Below are positions 44,005-50,633 of a DNA stretch of 50,633 bases, one piece after another. The stretch is from sequence record NC_102605.1. One strand, written 5' to 3'. This DNA is from a phage. The position numbers were made by a program, and so were the translations under genes. Numbering within the stretch: position 1 is the first letter of the stretch; each line of letters begins with the position of its first letter. The notes beneath the pieces are model-generated. The model was not told where the DNA came from. It saw only the letters and a list, made by a program, of their open reading frames with translations, and searched no databases.

Positions 44005-44025
44005 TTTTAACAAAAAGTGCTATTT
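44005..44025 (-). promoter_or_regulatory. Dyad-motif cassette (minus orientation)
   Basis: Reverse complement aaatagcactttttgttaaaa; motif TAG is the stop of the upstream gene. Confidence 0.55.
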
Positions 44026-44517
44026 TTGCAGGCCAATCAGCGCATCAGCCAACGCTCTTACAACCTTTGCATGAGTCACTATATTTTCACCTTCCGGCAC
44101 TCGCAGCACTTCACGCAGTTGCTCTAACGCTTTGACGTATTCGTTAGGCTCTGAGTTAATCAACGCATTGAATCGCGCATTCTCAATTACAGAATCAACT
44201 GATTTTGCAATTACGCGATCTTGAATTCCAACCGTCATTTCACCGCGCATTGATTTGAAGATATCGCCACCAGGCGAACATGAATTTCTAACCTGCTCCG
44301 CTACTATATCGCGAATTCGTTCACGCTCTGCTAATGCGCTTGCTTCATCTGCGATCCGCTTTGCGTTGCTTAGGTGCTCGCTTTCGAAAAGAGTTTTATC
44401 AAGCCAAACTCTAACGCCATTATCAGCAACAACCAGGTAAAGAGTATCTATGCTATTCAAAACGGTATAGTCACGGCCTTTTGTCAGGTAGTTATAAAAA
44501 TCATTTTTAGCTTTCAT
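44020..44517 (-). CDS. Hypothetical protein (165 aa)
   Basis: ORF track. Confidence 0.55.
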   Translation of the reverse strand: MKAKNDFYNYLTKGRDYTVLNSIDTLYLVVADNGVRVWLDKTLFESEHLSNAKRIADEASALAERERIRDIVAEQVRNSCSPGGDIFKSMRGEMTVGIQDRVIAKSVDSVIENARFNALINSEPNEYVKALEQLREVLRVPEGENIVTHAKVVRALADALIGLQK

Positions 44518-44529
44518 ATTTTATTCTCC

Positions 44530-44775
44530 TTACCAACAAGAAATTTCTTCTTCTGCGAAATAGTCATAGTCAAATTGACACCAATCCTTCAAAGGCGTAT
44601 CAATCCACTTTGCGAAATCTTCCAGAATTTCGGAGTTGTAGTTATCCGCAATGCAGCGACCCCAGGCGCGAGCATTCTTGTAACCGTACATACTAAACGT
44701 GTAAGGCGTTTTAGCTGAATCACCCCATCTTTTAGCAATCTTTGCGAATGCGCGTACCAGCATTTTTCTATTCAT
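44530..44775 (-). CDS. Hypothetical protein (~81 aa)
   Basis: Track 44530..44847 starts at TTG; first in-frame ATG (MNRKMLV) taken. Confidence 0.4.
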   Translation of the reverse strand: MNRKMLVRAFAKIAKRWGDSAKTPYTFSMYGYKNARAWGRCIADNYNSEILEDFAKWIDTPLKDWCQFDYDYFAEEEISCW

Positions 44776-44902
44776 TTGATTTGTACCCCACGTAATAACC
44801 AGCCATACCCAAAACAGTGCCACCAAAAGGAACACAATCAGCGACAATCAAAATATTGCCAATTATGACAAGTAGGATAAATATTAACCACATCTTAATC
44901 AT
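44768..44902 (-). CDS. Membrane micropeptide (~44 aa), not in ORF track
   Basis: Hydrophobic ORF whose ATG overlaps the stop of the upstream ORF. Confidence 0.3.
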   Translation of the reverse strand: MIKMWLIFILLVIIGNILIVADCVPFGGTVLGMAGYYVGYKSNE

Positions 44903-45059
44903 CTTTTTCAACCTTAACGGGAGTGTTAAAAACATACGTTTTGAGCGTATGGCCTTTTGAATCCTTCGTTATGATGTTCACCGTGTCGCCGTCGCGCCGT
45001 TCTTCTAGTTCAACGCCAGGCACATAAAGCAACCCTTGCGGCGAATGAATCCAGAACAT
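44895..45059 (-). CDS. Hypothetical small protein (~54 aa), not in ORF track
   Basis: ATG after GGAGG RBS overlapping the stop of 45062..45259. Confidence 0.35.
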   Translation of the reverse strand: MFWIHSPQGLLYVPGVELEERRDGDTVNIITKDSKGHTLKTYVFNTPVKVEKDD

Positions 45060-45061
45060 TT

Positions 45062-45259
45062 TTATTCCTCCACGATCTCAAACTCTGCAAGTACGAAAGA
45101 GCCAACGTTTACAGATAATCCGCCTTTACCGTTTAAGAAGAATTGACCGCCGTACTCATGCGTTACAGTTGGGCTAAACCCGTTTACACCTTCTTCCATG
45201 TGGTAAATCGCGCCAACTGTCAGATTCAGGGTGTTTGATTTTGTGCATTTAATTTTCAT
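45062..45259 (-). CDS. Hypothetical protein (65 aa)
   Basis: ORF track; GAGGAA RBS; cassette upstream. Confidence 0.5.
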   Translation of the reverse strand: MKIKCTKSNTLNLTVGAIYHMEEGVNGFSPTVTHEYGGQFFLNGKGGLSVNVGSFVLAEFEIVEE

Positions 45260-45326
45260 CGATTATTCCTCTGATTGGCCTTGCTTCTCTTGAATAAGGC
45301 CACTATAACAAATGGCCTTGCGCAAG

Positions 45327-45347
45327 TTTTAGCAATTCGTGCTATTT
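45327..45347 (-). promoter_or_regulatory. Dyad-motif cassette (palindromic variant, minus orientation)
   Basis: Reverse complement aaatagcacgaattgctaaaa; hairpin ggcc/ggcc with tatagt-like loop. Confidence 0.55.
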
Positions 45348-45917
45348 AAGGTGATCGCTAATGATTTCGCTAACTGTAATCATCGGCTTTTCATTGGTTA
45401 GTAAGTAATCGTGCTCGCTATATCCGTTTTTCTGGTAATAGGGATTGATTCGAATGTAGTTGCGGCTATCACCTGCAAACGTGAACCCGTCGCGATGCAA
45501 GCGGCATAGCTTCACTTCATTACCAGCATTGATTAGAGCGATAATTTCATCTGGAAAACCACCATCAGTGCAAACAACAGGAGCATCACACTCTTTTACT
45601 TTCTGGTTAAACCTTACGCCGAAATAATCCTTGCCGAATTTAGGTTTGATTACATCCTCGCTAATCCATATCATGAACTCACGCGGTGACATACCCATCA
45701 GGAATGTTTGCGGCCTTTCTTTCTGCTCTCTGTCATCATAAGCCAACATGAAGCGCTGATAGTTCTCTTTACCCAGGATAGCCAATGCAATGTCAAACAT
45801 TGGCTCTTTAAAGCTAATAATGCGGCATTGCTCACCAGGCGAATAGAAAGAAATCATCTTGCCGATTGTGTCTTTACCAGCGCCAGGCGGCGCATTGAGG
45901 ATTATAATTTTAGCCAT
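45342..45917 (-). CDS. Deoxynucleoside monophosphate kinase-like P-loop kinase
   Basis: N-terminal P-loop NAPPGAGKDT, resembling phage dNMP kinases (GxxxSGKDT). Confidence 0.55.
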   Translation of the reverse strand: MAKIIILNAPPGAGKDTIGKMISFYSPGEQCRIISFKEPMFDIALAILGKENYQRFMLAYDDREQKERPQTFLMGMSPREFMIWISEDVIKPKFGKDYFGVRFNQKVKECDAPVVCTDGGFPDEIIALINAGNEVKLCRLHRDGFTFAGDSRNYIRINPYYQKNGYSEHDYLLTNEKPMITVSEIISDHLK

Positions 45918-46089
45918 CTTTATTCACCTTAAAATATTGAACGGTTAATGTTTCTTCGATCTGAGTCCATCCGTGATTTCTTGACTCAATACTAACATCA
46001 TTTAATGCTGCCTCGCCGGACTCAAGAGCATCAGCAAGCGCTCGCAGATAGTTGATCGTCTTTGTCGTTTCGATCTTGTTGTCAAGCAT
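45910..46089 (-). CDS. Hypothetical small protein (~59 aa)
   Basis: Internal ATG of track ORF 45910..46152, chosen to abut the upstream gene. Confidence 0.35.
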   Translation of the reverse strand: MLDNKIETTKTINYLRALADALESGEAALNDVSIESRNHGWTQIEETLTVQYFKVNKDG

Positions 46090-46370
46090 CATAAGAAAAT
46101 AAACCCCACTGCAAAAATTAACATGATTGTGATTAATGCCACATTTGCGCAAAAATCACCGCGTTTATAAAAAGGCTTTTCGTTCTTTTTTTCTACAAGA
46201 ATATACTTCCCATTTTCCATGCCATGATAAAAACATTCATTTGTTAATGATGTTGGTATTGCATCAGAAACAAAACTTGAATCATTGACAAGGATTCTGC
46301 CATCATCCATTACAAAATAATAAACCTGCTTACCATTAACAAACATATCAACAGCTCTATAAACTTTCAT
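46089..46370 (-). CDS. Hypothetical protein with C-terminal TMD (93 aa)
   Basis: ORF track; AAGGAG RBS; cassette upstream. Confidence 0.5.
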   Translation of the reverse strand: MKVYRAVDMFVNGKQVYYFVMDDGRILVNDSSFVSDAIPTSLTNECFYHGMENGKYILVEKKNEKPFYKRGDFCANVALITIMLIFAVGFIFL

Positions 46371-46427
46371 TCGTCATTCTCCTTGCTTGTCTCGACAAGG
46401 CACACTTTATCAAATGTGCCTTAGCAA

Positions 46428-46448
46428 GTTTTAGCAAAAAGTGCTATT
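46428..46448 (-). promoter_or_regulatory. Dyad-motif cassette (minus orientation)
   Basis: Reverse complement of the motif; hairpin aaggcaca/tgtgcctt. Confidence 0.55.
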
Positions 46449-46636
46449 TAATAAGGCAATTCATCAGCAAGCCGCTTTATATGATCCGCTAATTCTCTTG
46501 CGCTTTTCTTGTCTAATATGGCGCGAAACTGCAATTTGGTGTCGTCGTCATATTTACAATCAATCCAGACTGATTCACCGCGACTGTAAACAAGAATATT
46601 GTCACCATGCCGATCCTGAATATTCTTTGAATGCAT
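46448..46636 (-). CDS. Hypothetical protein (62 aa)
   Basis: ORF track; CAGGAGGGA RBS. Confidence 0.5.
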   Translation of the reverse strand: MHSKNIQDRHGDNILVYSRGESVWIDCKYDDDTKLQFRAILDKKSARELADHIKRLADELPY

Positions 46637-46728
46637 TATCTATCCCTCCTGTTGATATCCAATAGACAAATCACAACCGCCACGATAAAAGCACCAATTC
46701 CCCAGGCAAGCGCCATTGGATCATAGTT

Positions 46729-46905
46729 TTCAATCACAGATAGCGATCCTCTACAAAATCCTCTGTTTCGAAATCAATGCTACGTAAATCACCATCATCA
46801 TCAATGACAACATAGCATTCATAACCAAATGTGTGATCCATTCCGATTGTTGCATTGTACATGTTGCCAACCGTAAAACCTGGATATTCACCTATGCATT
46901 TTAGT
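46729..46905 (-). CDS. Hypothetical small acidic protein (~58 aa), not in ORF track
   Basis: ATG directly after the stop of the HAD phosphatase gene. Confidence 0.3.
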
Positions 46906-46906
46906 T

Positions 46907-47449
46907 TCATAACTTTTCAACTCCGTGAGACTTTAAGTGATCGTGTAACTGCTCTCCGTAGTCAATGACCTGGTAAACCGTCAAGCCCAGGCCGCGCAGG
47001 TGTGCAATAACGTTTGGTGAGTCATCCCAACATGCGACAATGCGATCAAGTCCTATAGTCCGTAAAACTTCCTCTTTGATTACGGTATCTTTCCGGTTAT
47101 CGCTGGCGCGGCGCATAATCAACCAATCGAAAGAAACGCCGTTTTCAGCTAACCATGCGCGTGTTTCCGCCTCTACTTCGTCGCTACGGCCTGTTAGGAT
47201 GATAACCAGGTATCCGGCATCAAACATGGCGTTGCACACGGCAATGTTATTGCTGAATGGTAAATCATCCTTAGCCGCGCGGTTAAACTCACTCCAGCTT
47301 TCAGTAAGGTGCAAGTCAACAGTTGGCAACAGGTGCAAGCGGTGCTCACCATTTGACAATGTGCCGTCTAGGTCGAAAATAACGAAACGCTGTTTTGTTG
47401 CAATGTAGTGATTAGCGTATTCCTTCCCCCACAATTCGATCTTAAACAT
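46907..47449 (-). CDS. HAD-superfamily phosphatase, possible 5'-deoxynucleotidase
   Basis: N-terminal DxDGT motif (FDLDGTL) and HAD-like downstream motifs. Confidence 0.6.
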   Translation of the reverse strand: MFKIELWGKEYANHYIATKQRFVIFDLDGTLSNGEHRLHLLPTVDLHLTESWSEFNRAAKDDLPFSNNIAVCNAMFDAGYLVIILTGRSDEVEAETRAWLAENGVSFDWLIMRRASDNRKDTVIKEEVLRTIGLDRIVACWDDSPNVIAHLRGLGLTVYQVIDYGEQLHDHLKSHGVEKL

Positions 47450-47450
47450 C

Positions 47451-47558
47451 CATTACCCCACAAATTCGATGACAATGTAAGCGATGCCAGCCAGCACAAC
47501 GGTAGCGAGCACAATCATAGAGCCGTATTTAAGAAACTGCTTAATTGATTCTTTTGAC
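47451..47558 (-). CDS. Membrane micropeptide (~35 aa), not in ORF track
   Basis: ATG after AGAGAGGA RBS; single predicted TMD. Confidence 0.3.
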
Positions 47559-47618
47559 ATTTTTCTATCCTCTCTTGTTGGTTGATGCGGTCATTGTACC
47601 AATCAGCACACATGACCG

Positions 47619-47638
47619 CTTAACATTTTGTGCTATTA
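47619..47638 (-). promoter_or_regulatory. Dyad-motif variant (aatagcac-aaaat-gttaa), minus orientation
   Basis: Same arms with an A-rich spacer; upstream of the micropeptide ORF. Confidence 0.4.
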
Positions 47639-47938
47639 CTTGCGCTTAACTTTCTGTGCAAACTTCATGCAGCGCTTGAAATCAACATCACTGGCTTTTG
47701 TAACGTGGCTTTGAATCATTGTAACCTTTGTTCCGCTTCCGATATCTCGCCAGTGCTCATGGCCTCCGGTATCACCAAATTCACTGCAAAGCTCACCATG
47801 CAAACTAAATCCATTTACACCACATTTGTAAATCCAAAACGGATTAATAAGATCATCTTTGTTGACGTGCAAGAATGCGTAAGTGTCACGAATTGATGTG
47901 TGAGTGAGTGCATAAACCGCGTTACGTGCTAATTTCAT
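47636..47938 (-). CDS. Hypothetical protein (~100 aa)
   Basis: Track 47636..47980; internal ATG after AGAGGA. Confidence 0.5.
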   Translation of the reverse strand: MKLARNAVYALTHTSIRDTYAFLHVNKDDLINPFWIYKCGVNGFSLHGELCSEFGDTGGHEHWRDIGSGTKVTMIQSHVTKASDVDFKRCMKFAQKVKRK

Positions 47939-47994
47939 TATCCGATCCTCTTTGTTTTGTGTGGGGTCACTATACCGCAACCCCGAAATTTTGT

Positions 47995-48014
47995 TTTAGC
48001 AAAAAGTGCTATTA
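47995..48014 (-). promoter_or_regulatory. Dyad-motif cassette (minus orientation)
   Basis: Reverse complement aatagcactttttgctaaaa; hairpin ggggt/acccc with tatagt in the loop. Confidence 0.55.
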
Positions 48015-48015
48015 C

Positions 48016-48192
48016 ATGAACCAGCCCATTAATGCGCCAGCAGGTGCAACGAATATCCCTATTGCGCGAATGATTAATTCGTTGGTTGTGATATCGCCAA
48101 ACATTTCAACGATATTCATGATCCAGCCAGCGATTGCAGCAATCCACAAAGAAAAGAAAGCGATTCCAGCGACACCATATAATTTCATGTTA
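48016..48192 (-). CDS. Small two-TMD membrane protein (~58 aa), not in ORF track
   Basis: ATG after CAGGAGAAG RBS; two hydrophobic segments. Confidence 0.35.
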
Positions 48193-48245
48193 ACTTCTCC
48201 TGTTTGTTTTGTATTGGCTTACTATACCGCAAGCCCAAAATTCTG

Positions 48246-48266
48246 TTTTAGCAATTCGTGCTGTTT
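48246..48266 (-). promoter_or_regulatory. Dyad-motif cassette (palindromic variant, minus orientation)
   Basis: Reverse complement aaacagcacgaattgctaaaa. Confidence 0.5.
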
Positions 48267-48814
48267 TTGATTTTTACGTTAGTGCCGCGCTTAATGTTGA
48301 TTTCAGCGCCGTAATTATTGCCGTTCTTGTAACCTCCAGAATAACCGGAAAGCAAGCAAATAACATCGTCGTGTACTTCAATGCGGCGCGGTTTAAATTT
48401 CAACTCGTCCCATTCGCCATTTTCACGCTGAACACCTAACAGCGTTGCGCCAACTGGCATATTTTCAACCTTGCAAATGTAATCGTAATCTTTAGCACCT
48501 ACTGACGCAGTAAACACAGCACCGTTTAAATTGACATGGCCAGGACTGATATTTAAATATTTCATCGCATCTAACAGATCGTTATCCTCGCGTTTTTCTT
48601 CTTTGCCACAAGTAGCCATTTCATAATACCCATCTTTGCCAGGGATATTATCTGGATTTTTATTGTTGTGCTTGTTAACGAAATACTCAAGTTTAAATCC
48701 GGTTATTCCACCACCTTCCCACTCTCCGCGCGTTTTACTGGTGAAAGTAACTTGCATGTCAGGCTGATAGAATTTAAAGGTGATCGGGAAGTTGATTTTT
48801 TCGATGATTAACAT
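48248..48814 (-). CDS. Hypothetical protein (~188 aa)
   Basis: Track 48248..48850; internal ATG after AAGGAG. Confidence 0.55.
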   Translation of the reverse strand: MLIIEKINFPITFKFYQPDMQVTFTSKTRGEWEGGGITGFKLEYFVNKHNNKNPDNIPGKDGYYEMATCGKEEKREDNDLLDAMKYLNISPGHVNLNGAVFTASVGAKDYDYICKVENMPVGATLLGVQRENGEWDELKFKPRRIEVHDDVICLLSGYSGGYKNGNNYGAEINIKRGTNVKIKNSTNC

Positions 48815-48864
48815 TGTTGATTCTCCTTTGCTTAACTCAACGAGGGACACTATAACAAATGCCC

Positions 48865-48885
48865 CTGATTTAGTTTTAGCAATTC
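48865..48885 (-). promoter_or_regulatory. Dyad-motif cassette (palindromic variant, minus orientation)
   Basis: Reverse complement aatagcacgaattgctaaaa. Confidence 0.5.
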
Positions 48886-48966
48886 GTGCTATTGATCATT
48901 TTCTTTATTCTGTGGCGGTAGAATTGCATTACGTGCTCATTGTGCCAACTGCTCATTTGTTGCTCC

Positions 48967-49227
48967 TTACTTAACAATGCGGCATTCACCATAGCTGAAC
49001 GGTAAAAACGTGTCACTATCCATGCAATCAGGAATTGCACACATGCGGCCTTTTACCTTGTCATATCCAGCCGCAACCAGGGCATCAAGAGGAACGTCAA
49101 CCATTCCGACTTCCACGCCATAATCAAGGCAATTATCAATTCGGATTGGGAATGTTAAATGTTTCATTCCGTCATAGGTTCCGTCATTCAGAATTTCAAC
49201 AGTTACGCGGGTTAGTTCGAATTGCAT
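48967..49227 (-). CDS. Hypothetical Cys-containing protein (86 aa)
   Basis: ORF track; cassette upstream. Confidence 0.5.
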   Translation of the reverse strand: MQFELTRVTVEILNDGTYDGMKHLTFPIRIDNCLDYGVEVGMVDVPLDALVAAGYDKVKGRMCAIPDCMDSDTFLPFSYGECRIVK

Positions 49228-49283
49228 TTTATTTTCTCCGTTGTGTTTCGATGGGGTAATTATGCCAAACTACCCAGATTCAG

Positions 49284-49304
49284 TTTTAACAAAAAGTGCT
49301 ATTT
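49284..49304 (-). promoter_or_regulatory. Dyad-motif cassette (minus orientation)
   Basis: Reverse complement aaatagcactttttgttaaaa. Confidence 0.55.
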
Positions 49305-49471
49305 ACTACACCAAATCACCATTGCCACGGTGAAAGCACCCATCAGGACAATCAGCCACTCAATCATCAAACGCCCCCAACAATATCAAGCCAAGAACAA
49401 TAAGCGCCACGCCAGGATGACCGATTGCAACGCACCACATTGCAGCGATAAATGCGAATGTTTTCATTACA
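49300..49471 (-). CDS. Two overlapping hydrophobic micropeptide ORFs (~35 aa and ~22 aa), not in ORF track
   Basis: First ATG after AGAGGTGA RBS; both predicted single-TMD peptides. Confidence 0.25.
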
Positions 49472-49694
49472 TCACCTCTCTGAACCTGGCTACACTCTCA
49501 ATGTCAAAGAATCGCGAGCCATCACCAAAGCGAATGCCCTCAAATGCGATCCATGCATCATTTATGCTTAGTTCGCTAACCAATTCATCTTGCATAATTA
49601 ACACCTCGCCAGTATTACCGCGCTCGGCATCATAGCAAGATCCGACAATAAAGCATGACGTATCAAGTGAGAAAGTGCATTGTAGTTTCATCAC
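49467..49694 (-). CDS. Hypothetical protein (75 aa)
   Basis: ORF track. Confidence 0.5.
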   Translation of the reverse strand: MMKLQCTFSLDTSCFIVGSCYDAERGNTGEVLIMQDELVSELSINDAWIAFEGIRFGDGSRFFDIESVARFREVM

Positions 49695-49876
49695 ATCACC
49701 TTAAAATCTTTAGGCGTTGCAGGTTGAACGCGAATATGCCTTTTATCCGCATAGTCAGCGCCATATTTTTCAATTGCATACTCAACAGCCATTGATCGAG
49801 TAATGAATATTGCAACAGGGCAATAGCTCGGCAATATCACAACGTGCGGTTTGTATTCGTCTGGATGCTTGTTCAT
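49691..49876 (-). CDS. Hypothetical protein (61 aa)
   Basis: ORF track; ATGA overlap. Confidence 0.5.
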   Translation of the reverse strand: MNKHPDEYKPHVVILPSYCPVAIFITRSMAVEYAIEKYGADYADKRHIRVQPATPKDFKVM

Positions 49877-50121
49877 GCATTACCCTCATTCACAAAGGCG
49901 TAAAGGAATGTGTTTTCATCCTCACGCGGCTTCACGCAGATAACGGTGATTTCGTGATCTTCTTCTGATTCATAAATGCTCTTGGCCTGGCTTAACATTT
50001 CTTTGAACTGATCAAGCGTTATTTCTGCTGCATCCAGGTTGATAAGGCGCACAACGTTAAACTGCGTTGCGCTTGTCGTGTCGATTGTTGCCATTAATGC
50101 TTCTAAATCAAAGTTTTCCAT
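49873..50121 (-). CDS. Hypothetical acidic protein (82 aa)
   Basis: ORF track. Confidence 0.5.
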   Translation of the reverse strand: MENFDLEALMATIDTTSATQFNVVRLINLDAAEITLDQFKEMLSQAKSIYESEEDHEITVICVKPREDENTFLYAFVNEGNA

Positions 50122-50595
50122 TTATTCATCCTCATTGTTGACAAAGTTGATTTTCACAAGTGCATGAAGCTCTTGCATTACTTTTGCTACGGTTGCGTAT
50201 TCTTCCGGCGCATAGTTTGCCAGGTTTGGCGATAGCGTCATAAAGCGCTCTGCTGCCTTGTTCACTGCCTGGCGCTTGTGCCGTTCAACGTCAGCCTTGC
50301 TATAAACCGTTTTACGTTTCTCATGAGTGAGTGTGATCTTGAATACTTCCATGCCGAAAAGGTTACTTTCGTCATCGTCGCACATTGTCTTTTTGATCTT
50401 GATAGTGCCAACCATTTTTACTTCCGGCACTCGTGACATAGTGGTGCGCACGTATGAAGCCGGATTATCAGATGATTTCTTTCCGGCTAATTCAGTAGCC
50501 AGGTAGCCAGTCGGGATCACGATTTCGGTTTTCTCACCACTGGCGAGCGCCTTTGCTGCCTCGCGTAGTTTTTCGGTAAAGCTCATGTTTTCCAT
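50122..50595 (-). CDS. Hypothetical protein (~157 aa), first gene of the leftward array driven by the 105-140 promoter
   Basis: Track 50122..50628; ATG after AGGAGA RBS (MENMSF...); 5' end duplicated at 1-77. Confidence 0.55.
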   Translation of the reverse strand: MENMSFTEKLREAAKALASGEKTEIVIPTGYLATELAGKKSSDNPASYVRTTMSRVPEVKMVGTIKIKKTMCDDDESNLFGMEVFKITLTHEKRKTVYSKADVERHKRQAVNKAAERFMTLSPNLANYAPEEYATVAKVMQELHALVKINFVNNEDE

Positions 50596-50633
50596 ATGGT
50601 TTCTCCTGATTGGTTTTGATGTGTGCATTATGC
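50519..50633. repeat. Second copy of the terminal direct repeat (identical to 1-115)
   Basis: Exact identity with 1-115. Confidence 0.9.

Noticed and set aside
1-50633. Integrase, repressor or attachment site indicating a temperate lifestyle; tRNA genes
   Set aside because: No tyrosine/serine recombinase-like ORF, no CI-type repressor with a peptidase domain and no cloverleaf-like tRNA structure seen by eye. The genome looks virulent, but a tRNA scan was not run.

Overview
The window looks like a complete ~50.5-kb genome of a virulent T1-like (Drexlerviridae-type) siphovirus of an enterobacterial host; this identification is an inference from gene content and order, not a database match. Bases 1-115 are identical to 50519-50633, so the unique length is about 50,518 bp and the linear window is a circular or permuted assembly. 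Layout: (i) a plus-strand early array of about 20 small genes (0.8-8.0 kb) including a cytosine-5-methyltransferase-like protein, Cys-rich microproteins and a 526-aa P-loop protein; (ii) a minus-strand block with lysis genes (pinholin, SAR endolysin, unimolecular spanin), an HTH-metallophosphoesterase, Dam methylase, a Cor-like lipoprotein, a VRR-NUC nuclease and a DExH helicase; (iii) a plus-strand island with an HTH protein, a primase and a tail fibre carrying a C-terminal S74 chaperone domain; (iv) a minus-strand recombination module (SSB, Erf, PD-(D/E)XK exonuclease); (v) a long minus-strand late operon from terminase to a lambda-like tail tip (M, L, K, I, J) with a G/GT -1 frameshift; (vi) a minus-strand array of small genes (42-50.6 kb) including a dNMP kinase and a HAD phosphatase. 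The most striking feature is regulatory: an about 21-bp dyad motif (aaaTAGCAC-N4-TTGyTAaaa) occurs at least 20 times in gene orientation, always followed by a variable GC hairpin, a -10-like hexamer and a conserved leader, and it sits where a -35 should be. No integrase, repressor, tRNA or CRISPR array was found. All functional calls come from motif recognition by eye; no searches were run. Coordinates for hand-called items (small ORFs, motifs, terminators) are approximate to about 2 bp, because my manual indexing disagreed with the ORF track by 1 nt in places.
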